Notes: generated by a model from the letters alone, not told the origin. Positions 1 to 14,060 are shown, counted from the first letter of the stretch. The stretch is DNA of 64,000 nt from Bugula neritina (GCA_964035545.1 OZ037765.1:24985504-25049503); one strand, 5' to 3'. Made by a program: numbers and translations.

Positions 1-798
1 ACAGAAAGTTCAAATAATAAATATTATTAGCTCACAAGAATTCAGTAAAATATGAGAAAATGTACATGAACATGGCACATAATTAATTTAACACAGAAGT
101 TGAAGGGAAAATTAAAAAACAACACAAATTGTGTGATGGTATCTTTAAAAAAGCAAATTAAAATACATTAGAGTTATCTTCCTTTGTTTGTGAAAAAATT
201 ATAGCTCCTAATAGCAAGTTGAATTATTAGTTGGAGTTATGCTTTCCATGAGATTTGTATGTATAAATGGCTACAAGCTGTAGAATAGACAAGAAGAATG
301 TTTTATATGGGTAACTCTACGGATTATTGCTAGAGACTGTGAATGATGATTAAAATTTACTCGATTTAGTTTCAAACATGTAAATTATATTTGATCGGCT
401 TAAGATTCTTGCAAAATAATTTGTTTATGATAGCTGCTAAATTGAGCTCAAAACACTATAACTTTATTGAGAAAAAATCAATCACTTATGAGACGTTTTC
501 ATACCCTCATTTCTATTGAAGGGTGTCCAATGTAAAATGCAAAACCTGACGAGTGGCAATCACTAATACCAAATATATCTTATATTTTACTATTGAAAAA
601 TAAAACCAGCAAAATGTGAGTGTGCATGGATTAGAATTGCAGTTCATGAAAGCTAAATAAAAACAGGAAACTACAACCTGTATGCTTGATTGAACTCAAG
701 AGTACATAACTCCCACTCACAATAAACTGCTAGATAGAAATATTGATTAGAATAAATCATTCGTGAGTCATACCGAATTGATACATGTAATTACTCAC

Positions 799-1955
799 GT
801 TGTAGTAGCACCATCTCTGAGATTCTCATCACACATGTACTGAACAATGAGCTCACAATGGTTGTTTGGCCCTCCACAAGAATGCTGATTGGTCCTGATT
901 AAAAGATAGCACCGTTTAAACAATATTGCATTGGGGATATACAAAGAACTATTATAGTATCAAAGCAATACTTGAACAATGAAAAAAAACAAAATATAAA
1001 GTGATTTTATGAACAAACACACATTGCTGGTAACTGAGTGAATGCTTTCACTCAAACTGAACTGGAACTTAGTTGTAAGAAAAAATATATATTCACAAGA
1101 GTAATATATTATGCAACATTGTTTCTCTACTCGGTTTATGATATTAAACAAACATAACTAAGGGGATTTATGTAGCGTAGTGGAACATCCTATTACGAAG
1201 GTTTATGTACTTTTTACAATTTGTCAAAGATAGTATAAATTCTATTGAATCACAAACATAAAAATAATATTTATATACTTTCTTAATAACCTATTAATTG
1301 TGTTACTTACCACTCTATAGGTAGAATAGAGCCAGCGTAGTAATACAAGCTGCCAACATTGTAACCACCCCTGTCATTATTTTGACTATCAAAGACTCTG
1401 CAACAAAAAACAAAGCATTATTACTACTTATAACTACATCCTTAATTTGCTCTAACTAATAATGAATGAAAATTTTATTATCAAATTATATTTAAAAATT
1501 TTACACGAGAAACATATACATGTTACAGCCTATACCTGTTACCATTGTTTCTCTCTCTGCCTTGCTCATCTAGTCTGTTATTAGAACCCCTAAAATAAGA
1601 GATATAATTGGTAAAGCAAGCCTACCGAGTCGTTACAATATAGCTCATTTGAGATGCAAGAAAATATATTTCCTAATTTGAGGCATGTTCTTAGGTTTTT
1701 ATTTTTTGAAACACAGGAACCACATCTCTACAGTTTAGTGAATGGATAGAACTATTTTCTACACATATTTATAGTCTGTGTATCATGTAGATGTGTAATA
1801 TAGCTGGTTCAAAATATTTTGCAATTTTGGTATACATAACTAAATTTCTCAAGTTCTTTTTTTAAATGTATATCGAACCTTGGATTGTGCATGTAGATAT
1901 CTCCATTAACTAGCTGTCCAATAAGGAGGATGAAACCCAGGTTAGCGTAGAACAT
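799..1955 (-). CDS. DD3-3-family secreted protein, paralog A (first four coding exons; probably continues beyond the left edge of the window)
   Basis: Exons 1955-1879, 1589-1536, 1397-1311 and 894-799 have GT-AG boundaries and splice in frame: [104 protein letters not shown]. Signal-peptide-like N-terminus. Shares the PRGSNNRL, FDSQNNxRGGYNVG and EWTNQH motifs with the plus-strand gene. No further exon found in 1-798. Confidence 0.9.
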
Positions 1956-2345
1956 GCTGTTGCACTTGTGACCACCACTATCTATAATAAGATCCCAGGC
2001 TACAGTAATAAAAATCCCAAGTCTAATAGTAACAGAAAACGGTATGATTGTTTATGTGGTCATACTTAGTGTCATGCCTATGGAAAATTAAAAAATTATC
2101 CATTACTTACACTAATAGTAAAAACATTAACTAAACAATTTGAATTAAATATCTAACTTTAAGTTTATAACCAGTAACTACTAATTAGTAATTCGTCTAA
2201 ACAATTAAAAAAATTGAATATTATTTTTAATATCAACAAATTATATTTATATGAAATTGAATGACTTTATCATTATGATTATCATGATCCCATGATGAAG
2301 ATTATCACCATTACTCCCTGAGCATTGTTCTTAATATGACATTGA

Positions 2346-2711
2346 CAGACCATTGAATTCATAGAAAGTGTTCAACGGAAAGCTGTCCGCTTCATAAGTA
2401 CTGTTAAAGGACGGGAAAGTGTCACTGAAGCCAGAAATCTTCTTGAACTGGTACCACTAGAATCCAGAAGACGAAACCATCGAATGACATTACTACACAA
2501 AATTCTAGAAAATGAAACCAGCAATAATACTTTATCTTCTAATTATGATGAGATCGTCAACAACCGCTTAAATACAACTATGACCACTAGAGCTGCGAGC
2601 AGAGGACAGTTAACATCAATATCTGCAAAGACTAGTGTCTACCACAACAGCTTCCTTCCCCGAACAATACGGGACTTGAGAATAAATGTTCATGAATAAT
2701 TAGAAAAAAAA
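2346..2711 (+). mobile_element. 5'-truncated non-LTR retrotransposon (CR1/L2-like LINE, ORF2 C-terminus)
   Basis: Open frame IEFIESVQRKAVRFI...LELVPLESRRRNHRMTLLHKIL...YHNSFLPRTIRDLR matches the post-RT tail pattern of CR1/L2-group ORF2 (IExVQRxAxRF, LExRR, SFxPRTI). Stop at 2699, then an A8 run at 2704-2711. Confidence 0.8.
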
Positions 2712-2809
2712 TCAGTGACATGCTGATTCACTGCCTACCCACTGTAACACACTGTTATAAACGAGGCATTTAACTTACACATTTTTGTGATATCTAAATG
2801 TTCTATCGA

Positions 2810-2972
2810 CACAGAGACAGAGACTAATACTAATACTAATAGTAATACTGATACTAATACTGAGTAATGGTAATACTAATAGTTATAGTAATAGTAATAC
2901 CAATAGTTATGCTTAAAGTTAGTTTTGTAGTAATAGTAATACTAATAGTAATACTGATCGTGATAGTAATAT
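2810..2972. repeat. Degenerate hexamer-periodic block (CTAATA/GTAATA/CTGATA)
   Basis: ctaata ctaata ctaata gtaata ctgata ctaata ..., next to the DD3-3 promoter region. Confidence 0.85.
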
Positions 2973-3099
2973 TTAATAATAATTAATAATTATTATCATT
3001 ATAGATTATTAATTATAATTTTAATTTAATTAAATATTATTATAGAAACATTCACTAATTTATAAATATACATTTGTTGCGCTAGTAGTTATTAAAATT

Positions 3100-3880
3100 A
3101 TAGCTTAATGATTACGGCGGTGAAAAATAACTACCAATAGTAGGTTATTTCTGGTTTGTTTAACCATCAAGCCATACAACGTACTATCGTCGATGCACGC
3201 AGTACCAAAACTGAAACTGAAACTTATATGGGAAGCAATCTTAAGCGCTTCACTCCAAGGTTTTATTTCTACCTCCGCGGCATTAAAAATTCACTAGGTA
3301 GTAAGTAAGATGTTAGGAAACGAAAATGTTATTACCACAAAAAAGAAACTCGCTAAAGAATATTTTTGAACTTTAAGATTTTTTATTTTATAGATAAACA
3401 TTTTTAAGCTTTACGGCTTGATAACACAAAACTGTGTGATATCAAAACGAGCACATGACACTGACAGGCGGTACTTGTAGAGCAGAAAAAGGTGTATCAA
3501 AATTAAATGTTTTATTGTCTAATAATATGGCAAAGGCACATCAAAACAATAAATATTTATAGTGTTACTTTTATGAGACAATCACTTTAATTACTAATGA
3601 CATAATTTATTTAAAAATAACAAAACATGATGTTGATGAGTATAAACCTAAAGTCTAAACATTACATTGTTGTTTCCGTTTCCACAATATTATTATTATT
3701 ATTAACCACGCCCATGCTTGTTGTTATGATCACGCCCATCGCAATGTTCCGTGTATATTGTAGTCAACACTTTCACTTTGACTTGACTTTAGATAAAAGG
3801 GAGCTGTAGGACTACTGCTTTGGCGTAACACTAATTATTTTTATCCTTATACTGATTGCTACCGTTGCCGTGTTGGTTTA
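3100..3880. promoter_or_regulatory. Putative bidirectional promoter region of the DD3-3 pair
   Basis: Locally CpG-rich, lies between divergent genes, and carries two CACGCCCAT (Sp/KLF-like) boxes at 3707-3715 and 3731-3739. Periodic low-complexity blocks flank both sides. Confidence 0.45.
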
Positions 3881-4878
3881 ATTTTAAAATTGACAGTTTT
3901 TGTTGTTATATTGTAATAATATTAATTATAATAATCTAAATCATAATGATAATCACTCCATAATTATAATTATTATGATATTCAATTCATATTTATATTG
4001 ATAATGAATATCAATATGATAATCATAATTATAATAATGTATCAATTAGTATTACTATTAACTAATTAAGCATTACTATTTATAGTAGCACTTTCTAGGA
4101 AATTGTGTGGTAACAAAGCTGCTTGTAATAGTTGAATTGCTTTTACTGTCATGTTAAAATGAAAAATAAATTAAAGTGAAAAACTTGTAAATAAAATATA
4201 GTTGTACTTTTACTTTTTTTACGGTTAGTTATAGCTTTCTTTTTACTATAAATATTAAATCAAATGTTTTTATTTAATAATTTATATACTATATATGATT
4301 TATATATTATAATAAATTTATATAATTATATAATTGTAAATTGCTCAATTGTTTCTATTTAGTTCATTGAGTTGTTGAGTGTCTTATTAGGTTTGCTATG
4401 TTGGCCATCTAATTTTGCTTCACTAATTTTGTTTGCTTGATACAGCTTATATTATTATTGAGAATTATTTGTCTGCTGAAGAATTTAATTTTTTCCGTAA
4501 CTGCAACACAATTTGGAAAGCTTACATTACTGCCCATCCTGTTTCTGTAAAAATTTAGGTGCTATTGGTATATAAACCATTTTATAGCCTAATTTTAACA
4601 TATATTTTCAACTAGCGTGTTTCAAATTTTAAGCTAGTTAAAAATCACAGTTCAAGTAGAAATGTAACCTTTCAACTACTGATAATACAAAACATAACTA
4701 TCTATTGTTGCTGGTGTAATATATCTTAATATTTTCCCAGCTCTACATATCTGCTAATACATGAATTTGTTGATTTGTAATTGATGAGAGTTATCCGTTA
4801 GTTTTGTGCATGAGATGATTTCTATAAACTCTGTGCGTTGAATTGCTGTAAATTGTGTATTGTTTTGTTTATTTTAGT

Positions 4879-7800
4879 ATGCAAAGAAGTGGAATGGCGG
4901 TGTTGAGCCATCTCTTGATTGTTCTGTTCATTCAAGCCACACTCGGAGATGTATACCTTCACATACCACGAGGTAGTAACAACCGACTAAATGAGCAATC
5001 AGCTAATCGTCAAAATGCCAATCGCATGTTTGACTCACAAGTAAGAAAATTTCCTAAACCAGTTTTGTGAAACTAGCTTTTTCAACTTTAGTGTTAAAAT
5101 ATGTAAATCTGTATAAACTGTTCATTGCAGAACAACAATAGAGGTGGATACAATGTTGGAGATTTAGCACAAACTCCAGCTAATAACAATGCAAATTTGC
5201 AATACCAAATGGTGAGTATGTCTAAGGTTTTTATTGATTCAATTATTAAACGTATAAAAGTTTGTTTTCTTTCACTAATTTTTTTAGATTCACTTGGTTG
5301 TACAAACAGCTATATATGGTTTTACTGTTCAACAAACAAGACTGTAACTAAATAGTGACTGTTGGTAACTAAACAGTGTAGGAGGCCAACGCTGAAGTGA
5401 ATTAGTTTTACCATGTAACTAGAAACTTCAGATAAAAACAAATTATTTACACATACATATATAAAAACCTAATAGTTGATTCTTTTCATGTATATAGTAT
5501 ATAAACTCTCATTAATGTTAATAGTCCTAATTCCAAAAACACTACTCTCAACGAGTCATGGATGATATTTTCTTATCGATATTTATTTTTTTACATGATT
5601 CCCTGTTGTACCATGCTTGTACTTTGGGCATACTCTGTCCAAATATTTAACTTTATTGCTTTCTTTTGGAAAACAAGCAAACATTTGTCACATTACAATT
5701 GTGAGTCATTTGCTAAGAGCCTTAAATTAAAACTTAATTTTTCTCAGCTTTGAACTACTTTTCAGAGATATTTCATGAGTAGTGATGCGGCCAGTTCGTA
5801 CTTGGATGTTGAATGGACTAACCAACACGGTTGCGGAGGAAGTGAAGATTCCGACCCTCACAAACAGAACTGTAACCTTGTCCTCCAATTCATGTGTCAG
5901 AATGAGATTCTACTTCCGACAGGTTGGCTAATGAATTTTAAAATATTTTCAACACTAGGAGCATTTTTCTGTAGAATTGCTTTTGTCTTAACGATTTTGT
6001 TTGAGAGATGTTTATATTTATGTAGCTAATTGTAATAAATTGTGAAGGTCATATGTGTGCAAATTATGAAAAAATTAATTGCAAAGTGTTTTATTTTCCT
6101 CTGTAAACTTTTTAAACATCTTATTTAATATGCACTAAGTTATTTATAGCGTCATGTTGTGGTATTTCTGTTCAGACTATACATTATGTTACAGAGAATG
6201 ATGATAAAATCGTTCCTGGTACAAACACTGCCACCCAGAACTATCAAGCCACAAACAATCAAAATGAGAATTTAGCTGCAAAAGAAAATAGAAAAAGGAA
6301 CAATCTACAGGCGAATCGGGGATTGAATGAGCCCTGGGAGTGGTATGATAAGTGCAACACTAGAGAGCGAAACATGGGTATGCTGACAGTTGTTATTCTG
6401 AGTAATTTTGAGATATCAGCCTCATTTTGATTTTTATGGCAAGCAAATCAATTGAAACTCAAGGTCTGTTTTAACTTCCAAAGATTCTTCCCCAATATAG
6501 TTATCACAAAAGCAAAATTGTTTGACTTCAAATGACATGAATAGTTAAAGTTAAAGTCTGACACACTGCTTTGAGATACACTCTGCACATGCAAGTCTAT
6601 TACAATTATCTTACCTTTTTGTTGCCATTATTTTCATATCACAAGTTTTGTAGGCAGCATAAAACATTTGATCTTAAAATTAAAGCATGCAAGCATTTAT
6701 GTAAATGCAATGACATCTTAAATTGATAAGATGGTAATTTTAATTTAGAGCTTAATACTTACTAGAAAATATTCAAGGTATATAGTATACATACAAGATG
6801 TAGACTGTGTAGCATTAATTAAGTTTCCTTACCATTGAAAAGTTCAGTAAACTTGTTTTACTCCATCTCTCTGAACTACATGTTGCCATGATTTGTAATT
6901 TACCTGCCATTTTATATTCAATTTTTACATTTGGCTTTTATATTTAGACTAGGAAAAAATATAAATAAAGCAGGCAAAGTTCTGTTTCTTTTTAATAGGT
7001 TTGTTCACTGCTGATCAAGTTCTCAAGAATAACAATGGACAGGGAGTTAGTGCTGCTACTAACACTAGACAGAATCCAAATGGTAATAGATATGGCTATG
7101 AGTGTCCAGAAGAAAGAGATTACTTTCCCTACTGGCATCCTACACCTTGGGTAGACATCGCTGTCCTTACAGATAACACATCTATGTGCGAGTGAGTTAC
7201 TTCTGTTATTTTGTATTTATGGATGTGCATCCGCAAATTTGTTAAAATAACACATTAGGTTGTGATTGGCCCTATTATATTATATTTTATATATTTTTAA
7301 TTCAGCAAATAGATGTTTACTTTTTCGATGTTAAAAATCTATTTTCTTTGAAGCTACTATAAAGAAAACAGTTTCAACAGCCGGGCTTACGGGGAGTGTG
7401 TAGAGTTTTACCCTAACACTAACATAAGACGTCACGTCTCTCCTCATAATAACCCAGAGGATTGCTTAGCAGAAGCTGGCAACCAGTGGATTGACTTCTA
7501 CAATTACATTGACAAGGATGCTAGTAAGTAGTAGTCACTATTGAAAGATATTTAGTTGAGGTTTCCAACATTTTCAAACAAGTAATTATGGAGGGCAGAT
7601 GTTAAGTAACCCTTACCGTTGTAGCTGCTACGAACCAGAATGCTTGTGAGCAGAAAAGCACTCCTCAGATGACCTATAAGTGGGCGGTACCATTTGATCC
7701 ATACGATAACATTGAAACAATTCAAGAAGAATGTCTTATACTTCCCCCTCCAATAGATTGCCAGCAAGCACCGTGGAGCAGGTAAATTGTTTACAGTCTA

Positions 7801-10800
7801 TTCGAATAAAATTGGTCAAAGTCGCTGTTATTCTTTCTTTGCGAAATTAAATTATTACTTTTTACTATTACTTAATTATTATTTATAATAACCATCATGG
7901 GCTTATACTCATGAGTTTATAGTATGCAATGAAAACCAACGGTATTGTAACAACTATTCAGTTATTTTGAAATTTGGCATATCTTTTCTTATATTCTTAC
8001 AAAACCACCATGCCATTGTGTCACAGCTAGTTTAATATATAAAAGACTTTAAATGTGCTCACTTTCATTATATTATATAGTGTTACCATGTCTAGCTAAT
8101 ATATTTTAGTTGTGAAACTAAATTAATATGTTAACAAAGTTATTACAATTTGATTTGCATGTTTCTTCTGATGTAATATATTTTAATGGTTTATCAGGCT
8201 GCATATATCAAATGTGTCTTGTTATAATCTTGTAACTACCAGTGTCTTCAAAGTCAAAGTATGCTAGAATTTACTTTCAAATATTGATATTTGAGATTAT
8301 AAAAGCATCCTTACCTGTTTCTCAATTGACTAAAAGTTCTCAGAGTAAATTCAAAAAACGTAAGGTTACATAAGAATCACATTTTTCAAACTTGTAACTT
8401 CTAAATATAGACAGACATGCCTTCAATTTATACATGATTACTGACATGAATTTGCTTTGTTAGCAGGGGTTGTATGATGCCTTCTGATAAGATATCAATG
8501 TGTAGCATATATAATAGGCTTATCAGATTTTACGTGTTCACAATGATAGAATCATGACAAACTTTATTTAATTTTAGCAATATTGAATTACAAAACTTAC
8601 CGGCTTTGTTGATACTTAGTGCTGCATAATAATTGGATAAATTCCTCCAATTCAGTATAATTAAGCACTTGTCACGCAATGTCATTCATTATTTTAATTT
8701 CTTTAGATCTAATCATTTGGGGAATGGTCGAGGTGGCACAGCTAATACTTATAGATGGGATTTGCCCTATTTTCCATCAAATCTTGAAAAGAGATGCGTA
8801 TTTAGGATGAGGTGATTGCTTAATTATATTAGCTGCAATATGATAAGTTAATAAACTTTGTGTTATGCTGTGTCAGTAGAAAGACATAGTCAGACGTTTC
8901 AATAAAATTTAATGCGTCATGCATTAAATTACTATTTGAATTTATTCTTAAGATGATAAACTTTTGGATATTTATACTTGCTATGATAGAGCAAACTTCA
9001 CCAAGCTATGCTTGTCCTGTTATCATTTGCTATTTTATCACTTTAAATAAAAGCAGGAGCATGCTTGAGAGTTTATCAGTAGTGATTCATTGATAGTGTG
9101 CTAGAAATGTATATGTAAATATACAATCTAGTTTATGGTGGTATGTTGTTTTGACAGATATAACATTTCTACTGATGACTATGATCCATGGACAACTGAT
9201 GCTTCAGCTAATAAAGATCTGTAAGTCTAATTCTGTCTGATTCACATCACTGTCATGTCAAATTGTTGCTGTTGAATGATAAATAGCCCCCTGAATAACT
9301 GAATTGTTTTAACATATTTGTATCTGTGTCCAATGAGCTCATGCTCTTGATTTTCGGGTGTTATTATAGCCATCCATCATTTAAATGTTTCTCCAACAGT
9401 TATGTTGCATGAGCGATATTTATAGCACTGTATGTGACGTACTGTGCTGCTGTATTTACTGTGTCATTTATTTGGTATTAGTCATTATGAAGGAAATGCA
9501 GTGAAATGAAATACAATTATTCATTTGCATGAATAAATCCTTTAAATTGTTTTCAGCTTTGGAAAAGCTAACATTATTTTTATTTTGTTATAAATTTTCT
9601 GACAACTAAAGAATTATGATTTCCTTTCCGAATGAGTAATAGTTATAGCATAACATTTATGAATCATTTTGGTTTGCTGATTTATAAAGTATATTTCGAG
9701 CAATTTATTGGTGAGAAGAGGCTATAATTATAATTATAATTAAATGACACATCTATTATAATAATATGTATTTGCTATGTTTGCAGGCAAGCAGGAGTTG
9801 TCTCCCCGGTACAACAAAATCCTTATGTAAACATAGGAGCTGACATCACTCCATTTCGTCTTGCTATAAACACAGCTCAGTTTGGTCGAACATTCCAAGA
9901 CAGAAGTCATCCATTTAGAATAATGCCTCGTCCAGCCGCTGCTCAAGCACAAACCATCCATAATATAAATGTTCGCGGTAAAAGAGGCAACATTGTTCAG
10001 GTTGGTGTAGTAGTACAATTTAAGATGCTAGTAGATTTTTATTGCTATGCTTTTGCAGTTCTGATTTAGTGGCATTTATTTTAGCTTGTGACATAAGATT
10101 GTGATGTATTATTTACATTTAACTCAATAGTTCTTTGAATGTAAACTCACATTTATGATACTATTGGAACTGCAATCTATTTTTAGGTTTACCCTGCGGT
10201 CGAGTATGACTTCGCCCCAACTAACTTGGAAATAAACGATGGTGACCTCGTGCACTTTCAGTGGACGGGATCAAATACCCACAATAACAACAACCCCGGA
10301 GGAGATGGGCAGACCGGCGATGCTGGAGAAGGTCGAGGAGGTTTGTGTCTCTATATTTTACGTTTCATTTCTTTATTCAATTGACATTTCATTTTCCACC
10401 ATCAATTTGAATTTTAGCTTTATTCTAATTTTATCTCAATACAAGTTTATATTTATTTAATACAGTTCTTGTTTATGTACAAGATCATTTTTGTCTGTCT
10501 ATTCATACAGGGACTGATAGAAGTAATGTAGTAGAAATTGCGGATCTGTCAGAGAATTTCCCTGTACCATATGCTCAGTCTACTTTATGGGGTAATACTA
10601 CAATTGTGTGGTCCTCTTACGCTCTCACTGGGAATGCTGCTCTTACCACTGAAGATCTCGCTGTCAACATGGCATCCTCTGGCTATTTCCAGTTAGTATT
10701 CAACATATTTTGCTGTAGTCAAAGGGATACGAAAGTTAAACTACTTCAAGTCAAATCAATTTTCTTATGACAAAATATAGCAATAATTTTCGGTGAACCT

Positions 10801-11633
10801 TTAAAATTATGGATTTTTTCTGAGAGGTTTCAGTAGCCCTCCTCAATAGATTTTTCTTTGTCGTGCAAGCTATCACCTGCATTCAATTTGTCCACATCTT
10901 AATTTCTGCTTTCCTTACAATATTTGCTCTGGCACATTGTCTTTAAATTTACTTTACAAATCTACAAAACTTTCCATGAAGAAATAAGTGTTTTATAGCT
11001 GAAAAACATTTGTTTGAAATTTACAATGTGAATGATAACTTCTTGTAAACAAAGAGTTTTCATCTTGAGGTTTGGTATTATGAAATTATTAAACATTACT
11101 TTAGTAGACAAAATCAATTAGAGCAAGAACTAAAATTATGGATAAATTGTAAAATACTTGACTATAAAACTTTTAGGATGTTAATGTTCACCAGTGCTTG
11201 TAGATGAAGTGTGGGAACCATATTTTACTATATAATAGCTGCGTAAAGCCACCATTTCAAGACTCATTTATTGGCTAGTTCATATTTGAGTTGTAAATAT
11301 TAAAAGGCTATATATTAAATGAAAATGTAATTTTGCTTTTCTCTGTTTAAAGTTTAGTGAATGCTTTTAATAAGGTTGATATTTCAATTTCTGTTACAGC
11401 TACATTGATCTTTGAAAATATGTGTTTTTAGATGTATGCTTGCAAACAGATGTGGAACAGAAAGTGTTCAAACTAAAGCTGCTGTCAACAATTTGCTGAA
11501 CAATGCTCCAGCCTCATTTGCAGGTCACCTCATGAAAGTAAACCCAGGCACCTACCACTACGCTTGTTCACGTAATAATAACTTCTCAAACCGCAGCCAG
11601 AAAGGAACATTGAAGGTTAAAGCTTCCAAGTAA
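4879..11633 (+). CDS. DD3-3-family secreted protein, paralog B (complete, about 13 coding exons)
   Basis: Signal peptide, then [124 protein letters not shown] and [18 protein letters not shown], which I recognise as Dictyostelium DD3-3-like family motifs. The exon junctions I checked join in frame at GT-AG sites. Confidence 0.9.
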
Positions 11634-13709
11634 TTTATTTATGACCCTTAATAGCAATCTGTGATCTGCTTACAATCATTTTATAGATAGGTAAAAATAT
11701 TTTAATGCATTGCTGTATCCAATACTTTATGAAAATATTATTACAATACTCTATTGTTATTGCAATATTTTTATATTTAATTTCTCTCATAAACGTTACT
11801 ATTATTATTTTCACAAACTTCTTTTGGCATAATCTCCTTAAATATATTTATATATTTATATAAACCTTTCTTTAGTAAGTTTGCAACATATTCTAGTTGT
11901 AGAACAATCGCATAATTTGATGTATTGCTCCTTTAAATGATATCTGATTTTTATACTAAACATATTGCTAAACACAATTTGCAAGATATATTTCAGCTTG
12001 ATTTCCCTTTGAATACATTCCAAATATATTTTTATGCTTTTTAATAAAATCATTTTTGTGTAGTTCCAAATGAACACCAACATTCTTCACTCCAATATAG
12101 CCATATGTACACTCACCTTAGCATGCAATTTTAATTAATTCATCATTTTCTGCTAAAGAGAGTGTGTTTTTATAAACTTTATGCTTTACAATATCGAATG
12201 CATATGCTTAGAAGCAAGCTACAGTATTTCACTGACATGTGCAGTAATATTTGTAAAAAACAACTAAACAAATTTAATTTGAATGAATTGCAATATTCGG
12301 TTGTAATGTTTGGTATAGAAAACATAATTTTTATGATGAAAATCGCACTAGAACTATAATATTGTTTTTTTTTTAAATAAGAAGGTAACATGTATAAAAA
12401 GGTGAAAATTTTTACAGATTGCGAGATTTGGGTTTAGAATTGCATGGTGGCTTGGGTCTGAATACAATTAGTTGGCAGGTAATTTTTCATATAACATCTT
12501 TTTAAAACTTTTGAAAATTGATATAAATAAATTAATAAAATATATGCCTGCACCTACTATTGGCGTTGTAAACAATATGGCAGTATATTTTAATAATATG
12601 TCATGTATCATAATTATTAATTATTGTAATGGTATATACAGATGCACCCTTTTACTCCATAATGCTCGTAACATTAACATATTCTACATAACAGTGATAT
12701 ATATGCAAAGTTATATAAGTCTTTCTATAACTTAGCTACAGTGTTGTAGTTCTTCTTACATAGTTATTGTGCCTGTGGCTTAGTGGGCTATTGCTCTGTA
12801 CTGATGCTGTTTTGTGCTGTAGCTTTGCTTTGTAAGCTAGTCTGTAAATAGATGGCAAGAAAAAAATTACATTAATTGCAGTAGTTGGTACAAGCACATG
12901 TTTAGACTTTAGAGCAAATACATCGATTATTTGGAAACTTTTAAAACTTATTTTTATGAGAAGTTATATATCTGTAAAATAACTTTGTATTCAGACCTAA
13001 GTCATCAATTAAAAACCCCAGCTGATGATAATTTGTATCTTTACATATACGTTTACTTTATTCCACTAAACTAATACACAATACTCAAAATTGTTGAAAT
13101 ATCTGTGGTGAAGAAAATAAATAGAAATGATGAATAATTATTCTGCTGCAACTTGTTGTTATAAACTAGAGTCATTTAATGAACAACTCCTTCCTAGAAA
13201 TACTTTTTATTTGGAATTGTGTTTCCCTTTTTAGTTTCTAACAAATGCAACAACTAACAAAGCACTGAAACGTGATATTATCAAACTATCATTGATGAAA
13301 TAATCGTACGTGCATGTTTACGTTTCAGGAAACACTACGATGCTTACCATGACCTTAGCCATTTGACTTACTTTTGTAAGCTATGTACTTCAAGCTCTTC
13401 AATAGTGATTATATAAAAACATGTGGTTAATCTCTCATTCAAAGTCACAACAATGAGAATAAAGGCTACATTAAAATCACTTCTTTTAGCTGTCCCAAGT
13501 GATTCTATGTTGCATCATTCATTCATTTCTTTGATGCATTTATCCAAACTGAAACATATTTAATTTTATACTTGTCTTTAGTGTTATTTAATATTTGTTA
13601 TACTTATAATCATAGTTATAGTAGCAACTTAATTTTATGGTTCTGGGTTAAAGTTTTGGCTAATCAAACCAAGTCAGTTCAATGTGAATGTCTAATAAAA
13701 TTGAAATTC

Positions 13710-14060
13710 ACTTCAAGTTTAACACTAACACTAACAGTAAAAACTAATACTATTAGTATTAGTATTACGAACAAGTAACACTAACAGTAACAGTTAACTT
13801 TTACTTTTAGTTTTAGTTTTACTCTAAGTCTAACTTTTAGGCTTTAAGACTTAAGCTAAGAGTAGAACTAAGAGTAAGTTAGTCAGTAAGAATAAGTTGA
13901 AGTTGATATTCTAGATTAAAAAATTGAAATAAAAAGCTGAAGGTTAGCCTCAACCTGTGCGACTAAATCTAATAGTAAATGTAACAGTGCTACTGCTACT
14001 AATACTAGTAGCAGTACTAATAGTAGTACTGCAAGTTGAAGTTGAAACTAACCTTTAAGT
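13710..14060. repeat. Degenerate hexamer-periodic block upstream of CARS1
   Basis: ttaaca ctaaca ctaaca gtaaaa ctaata ..., tattag tattag tattac, ttttac ttttag ttttag ttttac tctaag tctaac. Confidence 0.8.

Noticed and set aside
11856-12155. Minus-strand ORF-like stretch after DD3-3 B
   Set aside because: Interrupted by stops, has no recognisable motif, and is compatible with chance in AT-rich DNA.
12776-12786. Pol III A-box match TGGCTTAGTGG
   Set aside because: No B box or cloverleaf downstream.
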